Below, one piece after another: positions 43,853 through 55,930 of a stretch of 64,000 nt of DNA. The DNA comes from Azolla caroliniana (lineage: Eukaryota > Plantae > Polypodiophyta): NCBI GenBank assembly GCA_043228905.1, contig JBHGNT010000011.1:20646001-20710000 (forward strand), given 5' to 3'. A model generated the notes under the pieces. It was given only the letters and a program-made list of their open reading frames with translations, had not been told where the DNA came from and did no database searches. The position numbers and the translations under genes were made by a program. Every line of letters starts with the position of its first letter. Position 1 is the first letter of the stretch.

Positions 43853-44526
43853 TTTATATAGGGGGGGTTTTAGAGAACAAAAAAATAAATAAATTATGGA
43901 ACTTTATATTGATTATTATATTTTTCAAAGTAACAGAGAAGGAAAGGAGGTGTGATTAGTAGTATTCTTAATTATTATGGTTTAAGGAAGATGATGCTGA
44001 TGATGAGGATGGAGGAGACATTAAGCCCCCCAAGTATTTATATATTAACATGATTATTCAATTATATTATTATATCATTTGCATGCTCCTTTCATTGGCC
44101 TTGCAAGGTGGCAACATCATGCACACAACACTACAGTTACTCTACTCCATTCATCCCTCTCTCTCTCTCTCTCTCTTTTACTTTTCTCTTCTAGAATGGC
44201 TTGCCCTTGCTGTCCATTAAACCCTTACACAATTAATTATATTGAGTCTCCCCATTATCAAGAGGCTATGGGTGGTGACACATACATACTTCATACATAA
44301 CTACACCTTCTCCTGCCTATGCGTGTTGGAGCATAAACAAAGCTTGGTCCCTTGGACATTAGATCCCTACCAGTTATACACGATTTAATTAAAACCAGTA
44401 GGATGCTTTGTCCTAAGTTCAATGTCACTCTTGAATCGAAAAGCAGTATTATATGGAACATTGCATTGATTTGGTCATTGATAATGAGTTAAGACAATAA
44501 GGATTTGTGAAGTCCTTATACGTGGC
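43853..44526 (-). promoter_or_regulatory. Putative oleosin promoter: TATA (about 43853-43860), RY motifs (44080-44085, 44118-44123), ABRE ACGTGGC (44520-44526)
   Basis: Motifs were read directly. Function is inferred from seed-plant oleosin promoters, and such short motifs can occur by chance. Confidence 0.45.
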
Positions 44527-47227
44527 TTGAGCATAATGTAAATGGCAAGAAAGAGATGTGTGAGTCTCTTGAAGTCAAAATAAACAATTCTCAACATCAA
44601 GATTTCTAGAATCTGTTCAAGCATAATTGTTCATTAATAGGGATGGCATCCATGTTGGCAAAGAAGTATGTCTATTAGTTCATTGATAGGGATGACATCC
44701 ATGTTGGCAAAGGTAAGGTGTTGTGGTGTGGTGTGATACTTGCTTGTTTGTGCAATCATTATCTAACTACGAGTAGAGTGTGCATTCTAGAATTTAGATC
44801 AAAGTAGATGTATGCTTCATGGTTACAACATCACCACCTTCAAGGCATGTGCAAGCACCATCAATAGCTAGTTCTCTCTTCAACCACCAATGGATACATA
44901 GTTGCATAATTGTAGATAACTTATACTAGATCATTTCTAGAATTACAATTACTATAGACAAGTTATGCTTATATATGTTGCAAAGGTTGACATCATATGG
45001 AATATGTACCTTAAGATGCAACCGTTGTCATGAAGTTATGCGAGTGCGTGAGAAAGCTGAGGGAGGTTTTCCAAATGCAATGTTCAAGGATGTCGATGTC
45101 CTGATTAGTTTAAGGTAAGTGAGTGTTTTATATTGTAGGTCGATTGTGCAGAGGTATTTGACGACGGACAGGAGAGGTAGGTCTCTAACTTTTAATCTTA
45201 ATATTTAATTTTATTTATTTATTGGTATTGTTGTTGTAGTTATTATTATTACTACTACTAATATTTTCATAATAATAACAATAATAATTAAATAGTATTA
45301 TTTATCATAAATATTATTGTTACTAGCTAATATTATTTATATTAATAATTTAATAATATTAAAAATGAATCAATGTTACTACTCTTATTACTTGCTATTA
45401 TTATTTATCATTAATATTATTGTTATTAGCTAATGATATTGTAGTGGAGCAAGAATAGGAATAGTTAGTTAGTTAGTTAGGAGAAGCAACAAGAATACAA
45501 TGTTTGTAACTAAAACTATTATAAATAGAAACCAGGAAATGACCAAGGGATCATACTTCGAGTTATCTAGTGTATATTACAATATTAATATTTTTATATT
45601 TAAAAAATAATAATAATAAATTGATATTATTATTAATCTACTTATTTATTTATAATCTTGTTTGACCAAGTTTCTCACGCCAATTGGAGGATAGATTCAG
45701 TGCATCCATATGGAAAGCGTGGTGTGACATAAGACGAGGGCTCAAGTGCGATCAGCCTAATTCTGAACCTACATGGCTTAGTCAATGCATCCTGTGGAAT
45801 CCATGTATCATAGATGAATCTGGTCAGCTAATTGGATCAAGTAAGGGGTTGTAATGGGGATGCATTGCAAAAGGCCCAAGAAAGAGTATAGAATGTTAGA
45901 GACGGTTTATGTCATTGCCAATACAAGATCAAGCCAACATACTCCATGGAATTAGAGGCGGATGGACTATAAGATCTTAAATTATTAACGCTCTATTGCC
46001 TCCACTACCAAGTTCATTGAATATAGGCCTTACATCCTTGTACCTATATTCTCCTCACACATGTGCACCCTTGCACATGAGATGTATATATACCTCATTG
46101 TGGGTATCTTTATTCTTTGATGCTTATTAATATAGAGAAAGGTCTTTAGCTACACTCTTGTTAATCATCCCCCATTTATCTTATTGTTCATAAGTGTAAC
46201 CTCCTCTCTCTCTTTCCCTCTCACATACTCACACCCACATCACATAATCTTCCATTGCTTAATCACATACGTGGTCAACTACTTACATAATTAGACACTA
46301 ATTAACCATTAGTTCATTACCTAATTATTAACAATTGCTTAGGGAAGCTGCTAATCAAAGGACGACAATGGAGAAGTGGATATGCTATGAGGAGGAGGGC
46401 TCTTTGATCTCAAGAGGTAGGAAACATCGGATAGGATCGAAGGGCATGGATTGGGAGACAATGAGACACCAACATTGAGTATGGCAATTCAAGTACTGAC
46501 ATATACTTGGTCATAAATGGATTGTAGATCCCGATCTGCTCAAAGTACAACCAGAATGACACATATGTACTCATGAAAACACATGGCTATGTAAGGTCAG
46601 TCGGGACCCTTTCGTAATGGACATGGCGCGATCCTTATGCGGTTCAAGGAAGCGAAGCCGTCCCATTCATGACTAGATTGGGTCACCACATTCTAGCCAC
46701 TCAAACCGTCTGAGAGTCGGCTGCTGCAAAGCTATGACATACATGTCCTGTTCCTCATACAATTATCACTAACTAAGTTTTGGTAGAAAATCATGAAACA
46801 AGAACACGTTAGGCGAATTACCACGTCCAATGGCTATTAATACATAGGTCACTACCTGTTGGAGCGTGGCAACATGAGAACCTTAGCTCTCCTAAAATGT
46901 GTAGCGTGCCCAAATGTAACAGAATCAATCCTACACGCTCTGTGAGACTACCTAGAGACCCATCGAATATGGTAATGGGTTTGCCGCCTATTGCAATTAT
47001 GCCAAGTGCAAGGCACAATCAAGTGGGGAAATGTATGTTGGCTATCATGGCCAACCTGAGTTGACATGTACGAACATCAGGAGGAAAGGATGACTTTGGT
47101 GATAAAAGCACACAGGATTTTTTTTTCCACCATCGACAATATCCACTCTGAACTCATATTAATGCCAAAGCTCAAGCTATGTTGGAATTGTTTAGCCCAA
47201 TAACTCTTTGGATTCTACGGAAACAAC

Positions 47228-47622
47228 TAACAATTGGCAATGGTTTGGTTTGAACCGAATTGAACACGAAACCGCAACTCAACGACTTAAACGATTCGGT
47301 TCAGTTTGAAAGCGTGGTTTTAACGGTTTAACAATTTGATGGTTTTTTAATATTTTTAAGAAAAAAATTAAACAACCTTTTAGTTTTTAAGCCTAATTCT
47401 CATATTTTAGAAAGAATCTTTAAAATTTTGAATAATTAAATTTTCAAATAATGAAAATTTTTAAATTTTGACCTAAGTTGAAAACCAAAATCGTGGTTTT
47501 AGCAATTTAATGGTTTAATTCTTTGGATTTTTACCTAACGGTTTGGTTTGGTTCAGGTTTCAAAAAAATTTAAAAGTTCGGTTGGATACTCTCAAACCGA
47601 ACCAAACCGTTGCCGATTGTTA
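47228..47622. mobile_element. Non-autonomous hAT-type MITE
   Basis: Imperfect TIRs of about 25 bp (taacaattggcaatggtttggtttg / cgaaccaaaccgttgccgattgtta), a perfect 8-bp TSD GAAACAAC at 47220-47227 and 47623-47630, and subterminal AACCG/CGGTT motifs. Confidence 0.9.
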
Positions 47623-48225
47623 GAAACAACAATGTAAACATGTCTTCTCCAACCAAACCATGCATCAAGTAATGTTAATGCAAGAGATGTGGAGTGAAGT
47701 TGTAGCCACTCTAAAGAGCCAATACGATGGTCTCACGAGTAGATCCGATGGAGTTGAAGGTAACGACTAGTCTTCATCCAACAATGGTTGTCATCTCCCT
47801 CTCTTGAGTCAGTGGGCATCCACATAAGATGAAACTATCGCGTCCTTATAGGGATTTGTATATAACACTCTCATTTGTAAAATTTTATAACTAATGGAAG
47901 GAATTATTTTTTGGAAAAAAAATGTGCATATTGTCATAATATGGCAAGATTCAAACCCATGACCTTATGTTACATGGGTCAAGCCCTTGCCATTAGACTA
48001 TACATTGTAATACGAGGGATATTATTTTCATTTATTATTTCACTATAGAAAATTGATGTATATTCTAGATTTCGCTAGAACATTCTAGAAACTTCAGGAG
48101 TTCTCCTGAAAACACTATATAAGGAGGCACAAGGCATTATTTCGAACCAAATCGGTTCAACGTCAGTCTTAAGCCTCTTAACTATCATTGTATATTCATT
48201 CCACATAATATATCTTTTGTCATCA

Positions 48226-48263
<38 letters not shown>

Positions 48264-48434
48264 ATATGGGAGAAAATCCAAGACAAAGAATAGGACAAGG
48301 AGGGGTGGCATGTTTGATTAAGAAGGAAATAGAGAAATATGTGTCAATCGTAAAAAATGATGAACATAAAATGCTACATATGGCTCAAAATAGAAACACC
48401 TAATGATTTGCCCACTTTTGTCGTTGGATGTTAC

Positions 48435-48543
48435 TGTCAGGAATAATACTAAAACAGAAACAGAATTAGTACTAGAGAAGGGAAATACTATTAGTACTAA
48501 GAGGAACGGGACTGTGTAAGACTTCCGAGAGGGAGGAAAGAGA

Positions 48544-48618
<75 letters not shown>

Positions 48619-48940
48619 TGAGGACGAGAGAGAGAGAGAGATGATGATGATAACAAATGATATATTATAGAAAGAGTAAGTACAAGATGGCTATGAGGCT
48701 TAAGACTGGCGTTGAACCAATTTGGTTCAACATAATGCCTAGTGCCTTCTTTATAGTGTTCTCAGGAGTAATCCTGAAGCTTCTAGAATGTTCCAGAGAA
48801 ATCTGGAATATACATTAATTTCCTATAATAAAATTTAAATGAAAATAATATCCTACATATTACAATAAATGGTATAATGGTCAAGAGCTCGATCCATATA
48901 ACAGTAAGGTCATGGGTTCGAGTCTTGCCATATCATGACA
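48435..48940 (-). repeat. 3' LTR of copy B (TG...CA) containing a (GA)n tract
   Basis: Runs tgtcaggaat...atcatgaca and is a direct repeat of 52378-52856. Confidence 0.95.
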
Positions 48941-49888
48941 CTATCTCCCCCCTTAAGACAACGAGTGAAACGAGTCGGCGTTGATTGCGGATCGAGTTTG
49001 TCCGTATACTTTCGGTGGAACTCAACAAGAAGATCTTGAGCATTGGTGACATGCTCGACGGGTTCCCAAGTACGTTCGCTTGGACTATAGCCGAGCTAAT
49101 CAACCAAATAATAAAGTTGATTGCGCACGAACAAGTTTGGAATCGAGGACGTCAGCAACTTCATACCCCGGACCGGCTTCTAACTCAAGCGGGGGCGGCG
49201 GTGGTGTAACACGATCGCGAATAGTGTTTGCTTTATAAGGTTCAAGAAGAGAGCTATGGAAAACCGGATGTATCTGAAGATGCGGAGGGAGATCAAGGTG
49301 GAACGTGACATCATTAACCTTACTAGTAATACGGAAAGGACCGAGTCGTCGATAATCCAACTTGTTGCACGGTCGAGTAGTATTGATGTGACGATGTAAG
49401 AGTCATACTCGACCTCCGATGGCAAAAGAGGAGGGAAGTTGATGACGATCCGCATAAGTCTTCTGTGTGTGTTGAGCATGACGAAGATGAGTAGAGAGAT
49501 CCATTTGGATCTTGCGTAGCCTCTCCAAATGATCCTCGGCACGAGGATTGGTAGGTAGCTCCGGGGTGTCGATCACCGACCAGCGAGGATGAGAACCGGT
49601 ATAAGCGTAAAATGGAGAGACCCGAGTCGAGGAGTGAACAACATTATTATATGCAAACTCCGCAAAGTGGAGAATCTTGGCCCAATCGTCTTGTTAATAA
49701 CTTCAAATAATCTTGTATAAACTTGTGGTAAAAGTTAGCAAAACCTAGAAAACATTGTACATCTCGTACCAACTGTGGAGTTTGCCACTCTAGCACAGTT
49801 TGGACTTTAGTTGGATCCATGGAGATGCCCTTTGAGGAGATGACGTAGCCTAGAAATTCCACTTGCTTGTAGTCAAAGCAACATTTTT

Positions 49889-50428
49889 CTAGCTTGGCAT
49901 ATAAAGACCATTCTCGCGGAGTCGTTTTAGTACTAATAGTACATGAGAATCGTGCTCTTCCTGGGTCTTTGAATAAATCAATAGATCATCCAAATATATT
50001 ATCAAACAGATATCCAATAGGTGTCTGAATATATCATTTGCCATGTGTTGGAAGACTGCGGGTGCATTGGTTTGACCAAACGGCATAACAATATATTCGA
50101 AGTGCCCATACCGCGTGCGAAAGGCGGTCTTCCATTTATCTCCCGGTCGGATCCGCACGAGGTTATACGCTCCTCGTAGATCGATTTTTGTAAAAAACTT
50201 GGCACCATTAACTCGCTCTAAAAGACTTGATATAAGAGGAAGTGCATACCTATTCCGGATGGTGACTTTATTCAAGCCGCGGTAATCAACAACGAGACGA
50301 AGTGAGCCATCTTTCTTCTTGACAAAGAAGATGGGAGCAACGGCCGGAGATTTCGAATGAGGAATAAACCCGCTTGCCAAGTTCTCCTCTATGTATGCTC
50401 GAAGGACTTCTAACTCGGTGGGTGACAA
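49889..50428 (-). pseudogene. Ty3/gypsy reverse transcriptase fragment of copy B
   Basis: [45 protein letters not shown] and [10 protein letters not shown]. The frame is broken on both sides. Confidence 0.95.
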
Positions 50429-52377
50429 GTTGTAAATTGGTCCCCATGGTGGCTCTTCTCCTGGTTATAAATCGATGGGACAATCATAGGGACAATGATG
50501 AGGAAGAGTACCGGCTTTTACCTTGTCAAATACATCGGCATAAGGATGATATTTCGCTGGGAGTTGCACTAAGGATTCCTCCTTAATAGTGCTGGAAGGA
50601 TGTACTAATATTGCAAATAGGAACATTGCCTCCTTGTGTCCTTCTTCGCGTAATTGACGTAGTGAAATGGTCGAAACTCGATGAGTATATTCTTGGGGTT
50701 GTCGATGTCGGACTTCTCTTGTTCTCCAATCTATGTCTGGATTATGTAATTCAAACCAAGGTAATCCCAAGACAATGGGATGCTCTGGACTACTAATTAT
50801 ATTAAAAGATACTACACACACAAAACTACCTAGGAAAACTTGAATGGGTTCTGACTCTTCTACAATATTCCCGGAAGCAATGGGACGACCATCAATGACT
50901 ATTAGAGATGCGGGGCAAGGAAGTTTTCTTAAGGATATCTAAGAAGCTTGGGCAAAATTTCAATCCATGAAACAGGAATTAGCTCCGGAATCTAGAAGTG
51001 CTAGGACGTGTACTAGAGGAGTACTTTTAGTACTAACCATGACTTGGGCTAGGAACACATTGCTAACTTGCTTTGAGGGAATGGAACCACTTAGAATGGG
51101 TTGTACAGATCTAGGGTTGTCCAACCAAACGGCTCCTATTTTGGCTGGACTCAATCGTTTAACTCTTCATCTAATTGGCTAAGGATTTCAAATTTGTTTG
51201 AGATACTTGGGCTATTAGTACTATTAATACTATCAGACACTCTATTAGTACTATTAATACTATCAGACACTCCTAAGGGAAGAATTGACTCGGGTTTAGT
51301 ACAGGCTATGATTTGATTTACCTGTCTTCTTGGCCTATGGGGACAATTGATTGCGATATGCCCTGGTCCACCGCAATAAAGACATAATCGATTTGCACGT
51401 CGTCGTTGCTTTTCTTCTTCCGATAACGAACCACATCGATGCATGGTGTCAATCTCCATCGGTGTCGGAGTATTTGCTTGAGGTATGTCTCATGCAAACG
51501 GTTTAGCCGTGATTGAGGCGTAAGTGGGCTCTGGCCTAGAGTGTGGTATTTGTAATTGACGTTCCGAACGTCGTTCGAAAAGGTGGTTGTCGCATCGGAC
51601 CGCTCGACTGATTGCCTCCGTAAGAGACTTTGGTTCTTCGGGGAAGGTTAGAAGTAGATCTTTGACATCATTTCGCAGGCCGTAGCGAAACTGCTCCATT
51701 AGTGCCTGATCATCCCATGGGATATCTGAAGCGAGTAGACGGAAATCCGCCGCGTAGGCAGAGGCTGGACGATCGCCTTGACGCAATCGTCGGATTTTGT
51801 TGATCGTCATCTGGATGTTGTTTGTATCTCCAAATCAAGCTTTAAACTCACTAATAAAGTCTTCAAAGTTATTAAGTAAGGGCGATTGTTTTTCTAGAAG
51901 CGGAGCAAACCATGCCAAGGCTGAGCCACTAAGCAACGTGCCTATTAGGCCGACTCGGGATGCATCAGTGGGGTATCGAGATGGATGCATTTGAATGACT
52001 AGGTGTACCTGATTGAGGAATCCCCTAAATTGCGATCGCGTTCCATCAAATTTCACAAGAAGTCCAATCTTGGGCTCTATATGAAATCCTTGGGGACTTG
52101 ATCCTTGTTGTTGCACACGTAACGCTAACTCCCCGTGTTGTTGTTGCAACTCCCCATGTTGTTGCTGCGTTTGCTATTTTTCTAGGGCGATTTGTTGAAG
52201 ATCTCCTAACAACCGTTGGTTTTCTTGTTCCAAGGCAACAAATTTTTCTTTTAGACACTGTAGCTCGAAGAAAACGGATTGGTATTCTTGGGCGCTAACA
52301 GAAGCCATTGTAAAGAAAAAGGATAAGAGGATTAGGGAAACCAAAAGAAAGACTAAAGAGGAAATTTTGGTTCAAAC

Positions 52378-52485
52378 TGTCAGGAATAGTACTAAAATAG
52401 AGAGAGAATTAGTACTAGAGAAGGGAAGTACTATTAGTACTAAGAGGACGGGACTACTTAAGACTCCCGAGAGGGAGGAAAGAGA

Positions 52486-52536
<51 letters not shown>

Positions 52537-52856
52537 TGAGGACGAGAGAGAGAGAGATGATGATGATAACAGATGATATATTATAGAAAGAGTAAGTACA
52601 AGATGGCTATGAGGCTTAAGACTGGCATTGAACCAATTTGGTTCAACATAATGCCTTGTGCCTTCTTTTATAGTGTTCTCAGGAGTAATCCTGAAGCTTC
52701 TAGAATGTTCCAGAGAAATCTGGAATATACATTAATTTCCTATAATAAAACTTAAATGAAAATAATATTTTATGTATTACAATAGATGGTATAATGGTCA
52801 AGAGCTTGACCCATATAACATAAGGTCATGGGTTTGAGTCTTGCCATATCATGATA
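52378..52856 (-). repeat. 5' LTR of copy B
   Basis: Runs tgtcaggaat...atcatgata (terminal dinucleotide mutated), with a TATA-like TATAAAA on the minus strand at about 52666-52672. Confidence 0.95.
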
Positions 52857-55800
52857 GTTACATTCCTCATCAAGATTCTAACTTCTATCCTTGTTTGGAT
52901 AAAGATCAACCTTTTGCAAATCTAGAAGATGATATTGCTTATTTCAAATCCAAAGGGGAAGTTATTGTCTTTGGTGACATGAATCCTCGTACAAGAAGTT
53001 TCCAACTTGATTTACAAGAATCTTTCATGCCACATATCTCAAGGATGCAAGAGGATATGCAAATGTATAGTCGATCTTCAAGCGATTAAAAAGATCCGGA
53101 CCAATTTTGGAAACTACTCCTACAAATGTGCAATAGTACCGGATTGCTTATTGCAAATGGTGTTTCCTTATGGCCCAATACTAATGGCTTTACATGTAGA
53201 AAACACAATGGAAATAGTGTGATTGACTATGTGCTACTTTCTGAAGGTATTTTGGATCGTATACATAAATTCTCACTAGGGGAATGGACACCAGAATCCC
53301 ATCATAGGAATTTATGTATTGATCTCAAATGTATGCATAGGTTTGATTGTGAGAAGGTCATTGAAGATAGTAAACAAATGCACTTGAGCATGAATCTTAA
53401 GCAAGCGCCCATGTATTCCAAGATGGTCGAGGATATGTTACAAATGATAAAGACACAACATGGTGCCACACTAGAATGCAAATGGGAAGCTTTTAAGAAT
53501 GTCATTCTCTCTTGTACAAACAAATGTTTTTCGACCAACTGCACATCATGGAAATGCACCAAGAAATGTAAGAAAAAATGGTTTGATAAAGAATGTCATG
53601 AAGCTCGAAAGTGCCTTATGGTTTTCGATGTAGTTAAGGATAAAGAAAATTACCAAAAGCATTTGCATGACTATAAAAGGCTTATTCAAAGAAAGAGACT
53701 AATATGGGAAGTTACTCAACAACTTCTCCAAACACAAGAGAAAGCACATGCATGTGCTAAATTTTGGGGAAATCTAAAGGGGAAACGTGTTGAGAGTTAT
53801 GGTGATTTAACTCTTCATGACTTGCATATGCATTGTAAGAATTTATATGAGTTATCTCTTGCCGGAAAGATGATGTGTTATGGTTCTCTTTCACATATGT
53901 CTCCCTTCTTTACAATTGAAGATATATGCATAGGACTTAAGAAATTGGCCTCTCGAAAGGCAAGCAATCTTCAATGTATAAAAGCTGAAATGCTCAAATG
54001 GACGGGAAAGGAAGCACATATATGGATATGTGATATGTTTAATGATGTATTGAAACATGGTATGCCATATGATTGGACTACAAATTGGATCAAACCTTTA
54101 CATAAAGGCGGAGATGTAAATAATGTAAACAATTATCGAACCATCAAGGTTGGCTCATTAATGGCAAAACTATTTGGATGTATAATGGAATCAAAGATAA
54201 GTGTATGGGCAGAAAAAAATGGTAAGAGAGCTTATGGACAAGCTAGTTTTCGAAAACACTATAGCACCATTGATCATCTTGTCACTCTTCGAGTATTAAT
54301 GGAGGAAAGTCACCTTAGAGGTAAAGGTTTATATTGTTGCTTTGTAGACTTCAAGAAAACTTTTGATATGGTACCTCGTGAGTATCTTTGGAGTCGGATG
54401 GAAGAACTTGAGGTGCCAAGTGAATATATGCTTGCAATTCCCTGAATATATGAGAAGGTTATATGTTGTGTGCGTATGAGAGATAGACTTTCATATTTTT
54501 TCAATAGCACTATTGGTGTTAAGCAAGGATGCCCACTCTCACCAACATTATTTGGTCTATGCATTGATGAATTAGAAGAAATGGTTACCAAGTTTGTAAA
54601 GGAAGAAGTTGCCATTGGGAATGTTGTGATTATGCTTTTGTTATATGCGGATGATGTAGTGCTTTTTGCAAATACTTCAGGAGATGCACAAAAGCTTATG
54701 AAGGCATTGGAAAAAATTTGCATGCATACTAAATTAAGTGTCAATAGCTCTAAAACAAAGATTATGCTTGTGAAGAGTCAAAAAGAGAGATAAATCATGC
54801 ATTATGTACAACAATGCGCCACTTGAATGTGTGGAAAGCTTCAAAAATCTTGGCCTTGAAGTTCCTTCAAATCATAAATGGAATGAATGTGCTACACACC
54901 GCTTACAGGCGGGTAAGTGAGCATATTATGCATTTGAGAACACATGCCATCTTGGAGATATTAAGTGTTGGGTCCTCAAGAAATATCTTTTTGACACTTT
55001 GGTGACCCCGGTTCTTCTCTACGGGGTGGAAGTATGGGGTGGTAGAATCCCTAAATCTACGTGGAAAGAGTTTGAAAATGTCCAAAAACATTTTCTTACA
55101 AAGTTTCTACGAGTTAAGAAACAAATGCCCTACACCCTCCTCCTCCTTGAGATGGGATCGCTTCCCATTGAGATCATGGCCATGGAAAGGGTTGTTGAAT
55201 ATATGCTTAAGGTTCAAAAAAGCCCCTCACATTGACTTGCTAGAATTGCATGGGAAGCAAGCAAAAAGATCCAAAGACGCATAAAAGCAAAATTTTGTGT
55301 TCCGGTTGGATGCAAGATTTAGAAAATTGGTTTGGTAGCTGGGATGCAAGACACTTGCTTCATGATGCGTCACTAGATTCCTCTGTAAATGAGGCATTTT
55401 TGCAACGCCAATGTATCATGACATGGGACAAATGTGGTGGCTCACGCTTCACACATTATACTACAAATGTTGCACCTAACTACAAAACCATATTCTTCGC
55501 GGAATGGGGAAGTCGTACACATCGATACATGTTAGAGCCCATCCCGATATCTGCCATTCGAACCATTGCTTCCATGCAACTTAGCTCGCACGCATTGAGA
55601 TGTGAGACGGGTCGTTGGGGCACAAGTGATGAGAGTGGCCGACTATGCACACTTTGCCCTAAACAAGTTCGAGAGTCTGAGTATCACACTTTGATACAAT
55701 GCTCTGCCTTTGATCATATTCGACCATGTTTTCCACATCTCTTCGATCGAGCCCAATTCTTGCACAAATTTCTCTCACAACCACGATGTGCACTCTCGAT

Positions 55801-55930
55801 TGCAACATTCATTGGTAAAGTTCTTGAACATCGAGAGTCGCTACTCACCTTCACACGTATCATGTGAAATATAATATTTTTGGTCTCATAGGTCATATTT
55901 GACCTCCGAAGACGATAATATAATCTATCT

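Larger units (their letters stand above)
48435..52856 (-). mobile_element. Chromoviral Ty3/gypsy copy B (Tcn1/Tf1-sushi-like) with two LTRs and an internal deletion of RNase H and integrase core
   Basis: LTRs at 52378-52856 and 48435-48940, TSD GTTAC at 48430-48434 and 52857-52861, PPT aaggggggagatag at 48941-48954. Contains gag with [14 protein letters not shown], protease LLDSGA, RT YLDD, integrase tail (AEFAYNN, RLGPFRI...HPVFHSSLL) and chromodomain (YEVADVLDSK...YYLVD*LGY). Confidence 0.95.

Noticed and set aside
45894-46333. Possible LTR (tgttag...taaca)
   Set aside because: No partner LTR, TSD or recognisable PBS/PPT could be confirmed.
48870-48929. Functional tRNA gene
   Set aside because: The acceptor, anticodon and T stems do not pair properly, so it is reported only as a tRNA-like cassette.
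47932-48940. Apparent inverted terminal repeats suggesting a DIRS/tyrosine-recombinase element
   Set aside because: They are explained by two same-family LTR copies in opposite orientation. No tyrosine recombinase was seen, and a DDE integrase tail and 5-bp TSD are present.
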